DNA of 64,000 nucleotides from a bacterium (GTDB lineage: Bacteria; UBA8248). The stretch's first letter is position 1. Each line of letters begins with the position of its first letter. This document shows, piece by piece, positions 52,381 to 62,035 of the stretch. The position numbers and the translations under genes are program-made. The stretch lies in NCBI GenBank assembly GCA_965207065.1, contig OZ242260.1, positions 480,001 to 544,000 of the forward strand, given 5' to 3'. A model generated the notes under the pieces. The model ran no database searches and was not told the DNA's origin. It saw nothing but the letters and a program-made list of their open reading frames with translations.

Positions 52381-53630
52381 ATTCCAGGGAGCCGAAAGAC
52401 CTCTCCATCCTCATCCATTACGACGAGATTGGACTCAAGGGGAAAAACCGCCCGCTTTTCATCGAGCGCCTCTCCCGGAGGATAGAGCGCGCGGCGTCTC
52501 TGTATTGCGAGGCGAAAGTCAAAAAAAGAACGGGGAGGCTGGTTCTGGAAACGAGCGGACTGAAAGCGCCCGACGACCTGATCGAAGCGCTTCGCAAAGT
52601 ATTCGGGGTCGCATATTTCGCCCGGGCGCAATGCGTTCCGCTCGACCTCGAGGCGGCGGCGAATACGGCGCTCGAAATGATCGCTCCCCTGAAAACCCAA
52701 AGTTTCCGGGTTCGGACCCGGAAATCGTTCCCGACCACGCCGGTCAGCACGAGGGAGTGGGACAGAGCCATCGGCGCCAGGATCCAGGCCAGAAGGCACC
52801 TGCCGGTCGACCTGGAGCGTCCGGGGCTTACGGTGCACGTCGAAGTCATCCCCAGGGAAGCCTGGGTGTACGCGGAGAAAATTCGGGGTCCGGGCGGCCT
52901 GCCCGTCGGCTCGGTCGGGAGGGTAGCGGCGCTGCTGTCCGGCGGCATCGACTCGCCGCTGGCCGCCTGGCGCATCATGAAGCGCGGCTGCGAGGTGGTG
53001 TTCATCCATTTTCACGGCGCGCCCTACTTGAGCCGCGCGTCCGCCGATAAAGCGGAGGACCTGGCCCACGTGCTGAACGGCTACCAGTCGGGCAGCAGGC
53101 TCTATATGGTCCCGTTCGGCAACCTGCAAAAAGAGATCGTTCTCGCCACAAAACCCGAATACCGCGTCGTGCTCTACCGCCGGTTCATGATGCGCATCGG
53201 GGAGCATATCGCCGGGCTGGAGAACGCGCGCGCCCTGGTCACCGGAGAGAGCCTGGGCCAGGTGGCGAGCCAGACGCTCCAGAACCTGGCCGCGATAGAA
53301 GAAGCGGTGCGGATGCCGATCCTGAGGCCCCTGATCGGCATGGACAAGGACGAGATTATCGACGGGGCGAAAAGGCTCGGCACGTTCGATATTTCCATCG
53401 AGCCCGACCAGGACTGCTGCTCGCTGTTCGTGCCGAAACACCCCGCCATCCGCTCGCACGCGGGGCACCTGCGGGGGCTGGAATCCCGCTTGCCCGTGCA
53501 GGAGATGATCGACAAGGTGATCCACGAAACCGAGATCATCGATTTCGACGCCGGGGGCCGTACCAGGAATTTCTCTTTCGGCGAAATCCATCCCGCCGAA
53601 GAGGATGCGGCCATCGTGCCGAATGCGTAG
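52377..53630 (+). CDS. thiI: tRNA 4-thiouridine synthase ThiI (no rhodanese domain)
   Basis: YDEIGLKGKNR, GGLPVG, LSGGIDS, GESLGQVASQT, DCC. Confidence 0.94.
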   Translation: MNSREPKDLSILIHYDEIGLKGKNRPLFIERLSRRIERAASLYCEAKVKKRTGRLVLETSGLKAPDDLIEALRKVFGVAYFARAQCVPLDLEAAANTALEMIAPLKTQSFRVRTRKSFPTTPVSTREWDRAIGARIQARRHLPVDLERPGLTVHVEVIPREAWVYAEKIRGPGGLPVGSVGRVAALLSGGIDSPLAAWRIMKRGCEVVFIHFHGAPYLSRASADKAEDLAHVLNGYQSGSRLYMVPFGNLQKEIVLATKPEYRVVLYRRFMMRIGEHIAGLENARALVTGESLGQVASQTLQNLAAIEEAVRMPILRPLIGMDKDEIIDGAKRLGTFDISIEPDQDCCSLFVPKHPAIRSHAGHLRGLESRLPVQEMIDKVIHETEIIDFDAGGRTRNFSFGEIHPAEEDAAIVPNA

Positions 53631-53786
53631 GGGATCGGGCGGGTGCGGGGGCATCGGACAGGCACGGAGGCCTGTTCGCTAAAGTGAAGGCGGCGTTTGA
53701 TCGATATTTCGGCGAATGTTGTCGGCGACCGGCAGGTTGGCCGGAACCGATGAGGGTGGATAAATTGCGGCGTCCGTGCTCCCTGC

Positions 53787-53993
53787 CTACAATTCGGAAT
53801 CCTTGATGTCCGCCAGCTTCATGAGATGTCTCTGCAAGCCGCGTTTGAGCGATACGTCACCATGGACCGGCACCGAGATGCGGAAATCCGAACCCTGTTT
53901 CGCGTAAATGTGGTGGCTGCCGCGGGTGCGCGCCAGTTTCCAGCCTTTCGCTTCCAATATGCGGCAAAAGCGCTTTCCACTGACGATTTTCAC
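53787..53993 (-). CDS. hicA: HicA family toxin
   Basis: [19 protein letters not shown] overlaps hicB stop. Confidence 0.9.
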   Translation of the reverse strand: MKIVSGKRFCRILEAKGWKLARTRGSHHIYAKQGSDFRISVPVHGDVSLKRGLQRHLMKLADIKDSEL

Positions 53994-54193
53994 ACGGCGA
54001 TCTCGACGACCCTGCCCTCGCCCGAAACGTCCACTTCCCGGACATCCACGGACAGGCATCCCTCTACCGCCTCGTAGAGATTACTCAACAACTCCTCGAA
54101 CGTATCTCCCTGCGTCGCACACCCGGGGACGGCCGGGACCTCGGCCCAAAATCCACCTTCTTCCGCCTCGTGAACGACTACCTTTAGTTTCAC
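53990..54193 (-). CDS. hicB: HicB family antitoxin (short, no DNA-binding domain)
   Basis: [24 protein letters not shown]. Confidence 0.9.
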   Translation of the reverse strand: MKLKVVVHEAEEGGFWAEVPAVPGCATQGDTFEELLSNLYEAVEGCLSVDVREVDVSGEGRVVEIAV

Positions 54194-54504
54194 GATTTCC
54201 CCTCCCATCGCTCGACGTCGGGCAAATACAAATTTCTACCTTTAAGGCCCGACCCGCATGCGTTCGTCCGAACTTATGCTCCGGTTCTCCACGACGCTCA
54301 CTCAAGAACCGCCGATTCGCGCCTGCGTTCAAGTGTATCACAATGACGGCAATCTGAGGTTACGGGATCGGCAAAGACAGATCGCGACCTCGGACAACCA
54401 CTAGGGTCTCCGGACAGGCTACTGCCCTGTCCGGCTACGCATCTCTTGCGTTTCGCGACGAACCTGCTGAGCGCTTCGTGAAGCGTCCGATTCTCGTGCG
54501 AATA

Positions 54505-55035
54505 CTATTGGGCGGGGGGCGCCGAGGTGCGCCGGATGAGTTCCCTGAGCGCCTCCATGGATTCGCGGTGCTGTCCGCTTTGCGCCTCGCGCTGAGCGGT
54601 CAACTCCGTCATGGATTCGCGGTGCCGGTCTTTTTCCGCTTCACGCTGTTCGGCCAGCACCGCCATGTGTTCGCGGTGCCGGTCTTTTTCCACCTCGCGC
54701 TCTTCGGCCAGCGCCGCCATGTTCTCGCGGTGTCGGCTGTCGATCTCCGCCATGGATTCACGATGCCTGCGATCCATCGCCTCCATGGACTCTCGGTGCC
54801 GGTTTTCCAACGCCTCCATGGTTTCGCGGTGCTGGGCGTCTCGGTGACGCGCTGCCTGGCGCATGAAATAGAGGCCGTACGCGATCAGGGAGCATTGCGC
54901 GGCCCCGACGATGGCGGCGACCCACACGGAGGCCTGCTGCGCCGCGAGAGAAGCTTTCTGGATGGCGAGGGTGGCTTCCTGCAGCTTGAGGGCGGCTTGC
55001 TGGATTGCGAGGGTTGCGGTTTCGAATTCCGTCAT
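54505..55035 (-). CDS. Small membrane-anchored repeat protein (paralog 3)
   Basis: ATLAIQQ heptads, TM VWVAAIVGAAQCSLIAYGLYFM, 11- and 18-aa HRESM repeats, LRELIRRT end. Confidence 0.82.
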   Translation of the reverse strand: MTEFETATLAIQQAALKLQEATLAIQKASLAAQQASVWVAAIVGAAQCSLIAYGLYFMRQAARHRDAQHRETMEALENRHRESMEAMDRRHRESMAEIDSRHRENMAALAEEREVEKDRHREHMAVLAEQREAEKDRHRESMTELTAQREAQSGQHRESMEALRELIRRTSAPPAQ

Positions 55036-55083
55036 TCGTTTTTCTCCCACCAAAGTGAAGTGGGTCCTCAAGCGTGTTCCCTG

Positions 55084-55113
55084 ACTCTAACGAGACGCCG
55101 CGCGCTTCGTCAA
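55084..55113 (-). promoter_or_regulatory. Sigma70-type promoter of paralog 3
   Basis: TTGACG-N18-TAGAGT. Confidence 0.65.
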
Positions 55114-55201
55114 GCCAATCGGGCGGACACATAGGTCCACCCCTGCAAGAAAAACCAACCCCCCTGTATCCCCCCTTGACAGGGGGGTAAAATCACAGCC
55201 C
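55113..55201 (+). repeat. ~88-bp direct repeat, left copy
   Basis: AGCCAA.CGGGCGGACACA..GGTCC..AAAACCAACCCCCCTGTATC.CCCCTTGACAGGGGGGTAAAATCACAGCCC; right copy at 57741-57828. Confidence 0.85.
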
Positions 55202-55274
55202 TCTTGATAGGGGTTGTTGAAAAAGTCCCGATTTCGCGACTCGTCCTATGTTACCGACAGACGAGAGAAGAGAA

Positions 55275-55440
55275 TCACTCCCCCCCTTGAGGGGGAGTCG
55301 ATGAAGCCGAGCGATATTTGCGAAGGCTGAATCGGTGGGGGGTAAAATGCGTTCTATTGCCATTCCGAATCATACCCCCCACCAGTTCACTTTCGGGCTT
55401 GCGCCCTCAGTTCACTGACTCCCCCTCAAGGGGGGAGTGA
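55275..55440. repeat. 165-bp palindromic element, copy 2 (inverted)
   Basis: Reverse complement of 9938-10102; adjoining 55210-55274 resembles the reverse complement of 10140-10212. Confidence 0.9.
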
Positions 55441-55463
55441 ACTTCAAAGGCGTTCGTCGAAGC

Positions 55464-57332
55464 CTATTCCGCAGCCGAATCGGACAGGGCATCCGGATCG
55501 GCCGCGTCCCCGCCCCCGCTCTCATGCACGCTGTCCCCGCGATGCAGCCGGCGGGCGATGGTCGCGGTCTGGTGCCTGGCACGCTGGGTCGGGGAATGCG
55601 CGGCGAGAAAGCGGGTCACGGCTATCAGAATGTGACCGCCTTCGGGCTCACCCGCCCACTCGCGGTACTGTTGCACGCCCGCCTCGTACATCTGGAACAT
55701 GTGGAAGCTCGCGTCCTCGCGCAGGAGCGCATGGCCGAGCGTCGCGATGATATCTGCGGGATCGTGGCCCTGGTTCAAATACCGAGCGACCAGCCGCGCC
55801 GCCGGCTGGACCTGCTGCTGGCGGTCCATCACATCGAGCAGGCCTCGACGGAGCGCCGTCGCGTCCCCGGGGAGTTGGGCCAACGCCGCAGGCTCCTCCT
55901 CCGGCAGTCGAGCCGGGGGCACATTGAGAAAGCGATTCGTATAGACCGCCATGGCGCCGTGGAACACGCCGCGTACAACGTTGCCATGGGCCTCGGGCGG
56001 CGCGGTGCCCTCCGCGGTGATACGCTTTAGAGCCTGATGCAATGCGTTTGCGTAGGTGAAGGCGTGAAGCGCCGCGTTCCAGTCGGAAAACTCGTTCGAG
56101 GTGCCGAAGCGCGCCACGCGGATCGCCGCCGCATAAGCGAGCGCGCGGGACAGGTCCGTCGGCCGGGCGCCAGCGACGATGGCGGCGTTGATGGCGGCGA
56201 TGATGGGCCCGGCCTCCTCGCCGAGGATTGCCCCGGCCAGCGCGCGGTGATCCCGCCAGACGCCCTTCGTCTTGCCCCCCTTCCTGAACAGCTCGGGAAG
56301 ATCGGCGAAGGCCGCCTCCAGGAGGGGCACCAGATCGAGCGGGTGGCGCCAGGCGTTCGCCTCCTCCTCGCCGCGCGCTGTCACCATGGTCTTGACCACC
56401 GTGGGCAGGATAGCCTCGGCGTGTCGCCAGCCGATGGTATCGAGGCACTCCATCGCCTTGTTGATGAAATCGAGGCTGTGGCCGCGATCGGCATAGTAGC
56501 GATCGGTCTGTGCGGTGATCAGGAGATCGGCGAGCTCCGCGGGCGTCGCACCGGCGGCGATCGCGGTCAGCACGGTGCGCTCCGCGCCGTCACGGTGACG
56601 CACCAGGGACCAGTGCCGGAGCCAGTCCCGCATGGTGTCCCGCGACGGCGCGGCATCGGCCAAGGGCTTGCGGTCGCGGCGCGGCATCTCGCCGGCACAG
56701 TCGCCGGCCACCTCGGAGATGCCCTTGAACAGCGCGAGATAGCGGTCGTCCTCATCGAGGCTCGGCAACACGTTCGCCAACGCGGCCAGAATCGTTGAAC
56801 CGGCACTCCAGTCGTCGCGATTCCGCGCGCCGAACAGGAAGGCATCGGCGAGGATATCGGCGCTCGCAACGGATTGATCGAGCAGGCCGAGCACCGCCTT
56901 CCCGGCCACCAGATCCAGGTCGTGCGCCATGGCGTCGCCGAGCCGCGTGCGCCAATAGTCGCCCTCGTCAGGATAACTGCAATCGGCCGCGACCCAGACC
57001 GCATCGCCTCTTACCTCGACCTTGGCCCTCGGCACATCGTCAGCCCACAGATCGAAGGTACAACCGCTCTCGAGATCGAAGCGGGCGTGATGCCAGTGGC
57101 AGGTGAGGATGCCGTTCTCCACCGACCCCCGTTGGAGCGGGAAGCCAAGATGGGGACAGCGGTTGTCGAGCGCGTGAAGGCAGCCCTGCTCATACACCAC
57201 AAGGATGGGATGGCGCCGGCCGCTCACCACTTTCATGCGCTTGCGTTTCAGCTCATCCAGCATGCCGACACGTATGAAATCGCCTGCCTTTATCGACTCG
57301 TGGCTGGATTTTGGCTTGCGTTCCATCATCAT
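55464..57332 (-). CDS. Rieske [2Fe-2S] domain fused to a large helical domain of unknown function
   Basis: NRCPHLGFPL..CHWH Rieske motif; SD AAGGAGG. Confidence 0.85.
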   Translation of the reverse strand: MMMERKPKSSHESIKAGDFIRVGMLDELKRKRMKVVSGRRHPILVVYEQGCLHALDNRCPHLGFPLQRGSVENGILTCHWHHARFDLESGCTFDLWADDVPRAKVEVRGDAVWVAADCSYPDEGDYWRTRLGDAMAHDLDLVAGKAVLGLLDQSVASADILADAFLFGARNRDDWSAGSTILAALANVLPSLDEDDRYLALFKGISEVAGDCAGEMPRRDRKPLADAAPSRDTMRDWLRHWSLVRHRDGAERTVLTAIAAGATPAELADLLITAQTDRYYADRGHSLDFINKAMECLDTIGWRHAEAILPTVVKTMVTARGEEEANAWRHPLDLVPLLEAAFADLPELFRKGGKTKGVWRDHRALAGAILGEEAGPIIAAINAAIVAGARPTDLSRALAYAAAIRVARFGTSNEFSDWNAALHAFTYANALHQALKRITAEGTAPPEAHGNVVRGVFHGAMAVYTNRFLNVPPARLPEEEPAALAQLPGDATALRRGLLDVMDRQQQVQPAARLVARYLNQGHDPADIIATLGHALLREDASFHMFQMYEAGVQQYREWAGEPEGGHILIAVTRFLAAHSPTQRARHQTATIARRLHRGDSVHESGGGDAADPDALSDSAAE

Positions 57333-57693
57333 CCCTCCTTTCCGCGCGGGGCCTCGAACGTCCGCATCACTCTACCGGTGGAACAGCTCCTCAGCAAGAA
57401 CAAGTCCTTCAGACTATCCGCTCAGGGATGGTTTGCGCGCGGACTGAGGAGGCGGCGCGGACGGCGAGCATGGCAGAGGCGAACCCGACACCGTTGTGAA
57501 ATAGCGTTTTCTCTACAAGTGCGAGGGTGATTGGAGCGATGGCGCGGAGAGGGCTGCTGAGGAATCCGCCTCGATTTACAAGTGATCCATGGCCCGAAAA
57601 CCGGCGTTTTTCCAAGGCTATTCGTAATTATTTCTGTCCCAATTCGCAATTATTTCCGGCCGGCTACAGCGAAACACCAAAGGCAAAATCACA

Positions 57694-57828
57694 TGGATTC
57701 CGGCTTTCGCCGGAATGACGGTGGTTTATCTCGGGCGAAGAGCCAACCGGGCGGACACAAAGGTCCGCCCGTACGAGAAAACCAACCCCCCTGTATCTCC
57801 CCTTGACAGGGGGGTAAAATCACAGCCC
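57694..57828 (+). repeat. ATTCCGG palindrome plus right copy of the ~88-bp direct repeat
   Basis: TGGATTCCGGCTTTCGCCGGAATGACG then 57741-57828. Confidence 0.85.
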
Positions 57829-57901
57829 CCCCAATAAGGGGGTAGGGGTTATTCTTTTGCCGTCGGGCATGCGGGCAATGCGAAAACAGGAAACACAGCC
57901 C

Positions 57902-58303
57902 CTACCCGGCCTGTTCCCGCTCCATGTCCGCCGCGAGGTCGCTTTGCTCGACGAAATGCGTGTCCGGGTGGAGGTAGCCCGCGAAGTTGTCCAGCCGTAT
58001 GGGGCCTGCGGCCTCGAAGGCCACCGTGTCTTCCAAGTAGTCCGCCTGGTGCTCGGTGTGCGGCGGCACGTACCAGACATCGCCCGGCTTCAACACCGCC
58101 ACCGGGTCGTCTCCACACTGTACGCGGGCGGAGCCGCTGATGAGGCAGAAAATCTGCTCCGCCTCGTGGTGGTGTCTGCGCGTGGAATTCCCGCCTTTCG
58201 CGTGGATGTAGCTGATCATGCAGTGCTTCCCGCTCACGAGGCCCACTTCCACCCCCGGGAACGGCACCTTGACAGGCAGTTCGTCCCAATTTGTCACAGG
58301 CAT
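57902..58303 (-). CDS. Cupin domain protein
   Basis: HHHEAEQ..ISG, LKPGDVWYVPPHTEH; SD AAGGAG. Confidence 0.88.
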   Translation of the reverse strand: MPVTNWDELPVKVPFPGVEVGLVSGKHCMISYIHAKGGNSTRRHHHEAEQIFCLISGSARVQCGDDPVAVLKPGDVWYVPPHTEHQADYLEDTVAFEAAGPIRLDNFAGYLHPDTHFVEQSDLAADMEREQAG

Positions 58304-58360
58304 TTTCGTCTCCTTCATTGTCAAGAACAAAGAAATTGCGGCGTCTTGAACGTCACGGAA

Positions 58361-58495
58361 TTGTTAAAAAGTCTCTCTCCCGAGGAGGGAGGGAATCCCG
58401 ATCATCGAACTGTTCAACGTAGGGACAGGCCTCCGTGCCTGTCCTGACGAAGGACAACCAAGGAAGGCAGGCCAACCACGGAGGGTTGTCCCTAC
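58361..58495. repeat. TIR-like end plus GTAG REP pair
   Basis: TTGTTAAAAAG..CCCGATCATCGAA.TGTT..GTAGGGACAGGC resembles 43235-43300. Confidence 0.7.
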
Positions 58496-58522
58496 AAAAC
58501 CATTGCGCCCTCCTGCACTAAC

Positions 58523-59431
58523 CTAGACCTCCTGCAGCCTCCTGACGGCTTCGGCGGGCAGGGATTCGCCGCATGCGGCGTTCTGCTCGGATTGTTCGGG
58601 CGTCCGGATGCCCGGAATCACGCAGCTCACATTCTCGTTCGAGACGCAGAACCGGATGGCCGCCTGTGCCGCCGAGATTCCGAGATTCGCCGCCACCTCG
58701 CGCGTGCGGCTGAGCTGGGTCTGGAACTTGCGGATGTTCTCGGGCGAGAGGATACCCTTTCGCCGGTCGCCTTCGGCGAACTCGAACGCCTCGTCGATGC
58801 GGCCCGAGAGAAAGCCCCGCTTCAGGGGAACGCGGGAGATCACGCCCACGTCCGCCTCTTTCGCGCGGGCGAAGGCGGGCGCCGCCTCCTGGCTGATGAC
58901 GTTGTATTCCATTTGCATGGTGGAGGGCTTGTCCTGATCCGCGGCCAGGTTGCATTCCTCCACCGTGTTTATCGAGACGCCCCAGTGCCTGATCTTGCCG
59001 TCGTCCCTGGCCTTCTCCAGCAGCGCGTAGCTGTCCTCGGCCGCCATGTTGTCGACGGTGGGGTTGTGGAGCTGGTAGTAGTCGATGACGTCCATCCCGA
59101 GGCGCTTCAAGCTCCCCTCCAGACAGCCCCCGATATACTCGGGCGTGAAATTGCGCGAGCCCGTCGACATGTCGTTTCCGCCCTTGGTGAAAATGAGGAT
59201 GTCGCCGCGGTCCGTGCGCTCGGTGAGGAACTTGCCGATGACGGTCTCGCTGTGGCCGGCGCCGTAGGCGTCAGACGTGTCGATGAAGTTCATGCCTGAA
59301 TCGACCGCGGCGTGCAGGGCGCGGTTGCTCTCCCCGTCGTCCACGGGGCCGAACACGCCGCCGATGGTCATGGCGCCGAAGCCGATGACGGTTACCTCCA
59401 GACCCGTACGTCCGAGTGTTCTTTTTTCCAT
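58523..59431 (-). CDS. Aldo/keto reductase
   Basis: RTLGRTGL, DTSDAYG.G.SE, SLKRL..DYYQLH, GKIRHWGVS. Confidence 0.93.
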   Translation of the reverse strand: MEKRTLGRTGLEVTVIGFGAMTIGGVFGPVDDGESNRALHAAVDSGMNFIDTSDAYGAGHSETVIGKFLTERTDRGDILIFTKGGNDMSTGSRNFTPEYIGGCLEGSLKRLGMDVIDYYQLHNPTVDNMAAEDSYALLEKARDDGKIRHWGVSINTVEECNLAADQDKPSTMQMEYNVISQEAAPAFARAKEADVGVISRVPLKRGFLSGRIDEAFEFAEGDRRKGILSPENIRKFQTQLSRTREVAANLGISAAQAAIRFCVSNENVSCVIPGIRTPEQSEQNAACGESLPAEAVRRLQEV

Positions 59432-59602
59432 TTTTTTCTCCATCATTAGAAGGTAAAATTTCAACAATCCGGCGGGCTATTTCAGAAAACCCTGAACCGC
59501 TTCCGGAAAACAGTGATTGTGCGGATGTGCGCGAAGCGGCGGTATCATAGCTTTCCTGCCGCGGGATACGCAATCGAATTTGCGTATAAGGCGCGGGGAC
59601 TG

Positions 59603-59913
59603 TTGGGGCAGGCGCGGGGGTTTCGGACAGGTCGCGGCCCCGGACAGGCGCAGGGGCCTGTCCGCTACTACGGGAAACCGCGTGTATTGAAACAAACCCG
59701 TAGCAGGGCGGTCTCCAATGACCGCCCTGCCCCCCGTGGCCGCCCAATTGGCCGGTAAAACGGGCGGACACATAGGTCCGCCCCTACAATCGATTCTATG
59801 ATCGGATGCGCGAAGCGGGACAGGCGGGGGAACCGGACATGTTCGGGGGTATCGGACAGGCGCGGGGGCCGGGCGGACGCAGGGGACTCGGACAGGTCAC
59901 GACCTGTCCCTAC
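59603..59913. repeat. Dense cluster of REP half-units and palindromes
   Basis: Repeated CGGACAGG(C/T)..GGGG units; GGGCGGACACATAGGTCCGCCCCTAC; GGACAGGTCACGACCTGTCCCTAC. Confidence 0.75.
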
Positions 59914-60667
59914 GGAAGCAATCACACCTTCCCGATACCGGGACGCAATTGCCCGCATTTGCCGTATTCCGGGAAAACCGGGGCTGCGCTATCGTGCGCG
60001 CTGCGCGGGAAAACGCCGAACTCTCCCTCATCGGTCGAGTCCGGTCCCACTTTGGATAGAAGCGAAACGAAAGGATGCGAGGGGTTTGCATGGAATCGAA
60101 CCAGGGGTTACGTGCGATGGCGGCGGTTTCTTCCCCGCCCGTCGAAATGGAAACGAAAGAACGCACCTCTCAAGAATTCGCAAAGGGGGCACCCTCGCCT
60201 ATCGCGCGGATGCGGCGGAGGGTCGCGCATCATCCGGGAATCGCGCACGCCTCCCTCGCGGGTTCTCCTGCCCCGATCGGAGTCGACTCCCGCTCGCCGG
60301 CCGGGTTCCGCCGTCCAAAGGAAATGGGCCGCGCCCAATAAGGGAAGGACGGCGCGGAAATGAAAATAATCTTATTTCCCGTAAATATCGATAAATTCAC
60401 GGGGTTTTTCGATAATTTCCTGAAAGGCGCCTGCCTCGCAACTGATTGTAATCATACAGGTTATCAATAATTTCTGAGTGATGTTCCCTCAAATTTAGGG
60501 ATAATAAAAGTTTTCAGGCTCCCCCGCATTTCCCCGCAACTGCCCGCATCTGTGCCCGCGGCATACATGGCCGCGCGACCCCCATGCCCCCGTATACGAA
60601 ACGCCCCGCCTCGGCTATAATCGCCCCATCCGATCAACAGTATCCGCATCACCATGTGGAGGAAGAC

Positions 60668-61990
60668 ATGGACGACCTCAGACAAAAAGCCGTCGACTAT
60701 CTCGACGCCCAGACGGGCGAAGCGCGTGAAATCGCCCGTGAAATATGGAACTTCGCGGAAATCGCCTTGGAGGAATTCAAGTCCGCCGAACTGCTCGAGG
60801 ACGTGCTCGAGCAGAACGGGTTCGAGGTGCAGCGCGGCGTGGGCGACCTGCCCACAGCCTTCATCGCCAAGTGGGGCGAGGGCGGCCCCGCCGTTGGGAT
60901 TCTGGGCGAATACGACGCGCTCCCCCACTGCGGGGATTCCCACGAGAAACAGGGCCACGGCTGCGGGCACAACCTCTTCGGCACGGCGAGTTCCTACGCG
61001 GCGATTGCGGCGGCGCGCGCGCTGCGCGAATCTGGAACAAAAGGCCAGGTCGTCTGCTACGGCTGTCCGGCGGAGGAAACCTTGGAGGGCAAGGTGTACA
61101 TGGCGCGCGACGGCGCGTTCGACGGCCTCGACGCCGCCGTCACCTGGCACCCCGGGGACAAGAGCTTCACCCGGGGCGGCAGCACGAACGCGATGGATTC
61201 CATCGTCTTCGAGTTTTACGGCGAGACCGCCCACTCGGCCCGCGACCCCTGGAACGGCAGGAGCGCGCTCGACGGCGTGGAAATCATGAACTACGGCGTC
61301 AACATGATGCGCGAGCACGTTATCGAGCCGGTCAAGATTCACTACGTGATCACCGACGGCGGGGTGGCCCCCAACGTCGTGCCCTCCTATTCGCGCGTGT
61401 GGTACTACGTGCGGGCGCCCAAACGGGCGATGGTCAACGAACTGAGCGAGCGCGTAAGAAACTGCGCGAAAGCGGGCGCACTTGCGTCGGGCACCACGAT
61501 GAAGGAAACCCTCCTCACCGCCGTGTACGAGAATCTCCCCAACAACGCCCTCGCCAATTGTGTGCAGCGAAACCTCGAATTCGTGGGCGCGCATACATAT
61601 ACCGACGATGCGAAGGAATTCGCCCGGAAACTGGGCTACGAGACACCGCTGTCGGAAGAAGTCTCTCCCCTCGACCCGGCGGATATCCGCCCGAGCAACG
61701 AGCGCGGCAACGTGAGCTGGCTCACTCCCCTGGGCAACCTGATGACGACCTGCCACGCGCCCGGAACACCGGGGCATTCATGGCTCGCCACCCAGCAATA
61801 CGGCATGGAAATCGGAGAAAAGGGCATGATGACATCCGCCAAGACCATGGCGTGCACAGTGCTCGAACTCATCAGCAATGAGAACGTGCTGAAGCAGGTG
61901 CGAGAGGAGTTTGAAGAAAAGACGAGAGGCTTCACCTACGACCCCCTCATTCCCGAGGGACAAAAACCCAACCCCCTGGGCATGAGGTAG
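60668..61990 (+). CDS. M20 amidohydrolase (AbgB-like)
   Basis: GEYDALP, GHGCGHN, PAEE, WHP, GRSALD, NVVP. Confidence 0.9.
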   Translation: MDDLRQKAVDYLDAQTGEAREIAREIWNFAEIALEEFKSAELLEDVLEQNGFEVQRGVGDLPTAFIAKWGEGGPAVGILGEYDALPHCGDSHEKQGHGCGHNLFGTASSYAAIAAARALRESGTKGQVVCYGCPAEETLEGKVYMARDGAFDGLDAAVTWHPGDKSFTRGGSTNAMDSIVFEFYGETAHSARDPWNGRSALDGVEIMNYGVNMMREHVIEPVKIHYVITDGGVAPNVVPSYSRVWYYVRAPKRAMVNELSERVRNCAKAGALASGTTMKETLLTAVYENLPNNALANCVQRNLEFVGAHTYTDDAKEFARKLGYETPLSEEVSPLDPADIRPSNERGNVSWLTPLGNLMTTCHAPGTPGHSWLATQQYGMEIGEKGMMTSAKTMACTVLELISNENVLKQVREEFEEKTRGFTYDPLIPEGQKPNPLGMR

Positions 61991-62035
61991 AAATTATCCA
62001 CGAAACACGCACAGCACGAACCAGAGGAGCAGACT

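Noticed and set aside
59603-59913. CRISPR array
   Set aside because: Units are degenerate, irregularly spaced and lack unique spacers; no cas genes.
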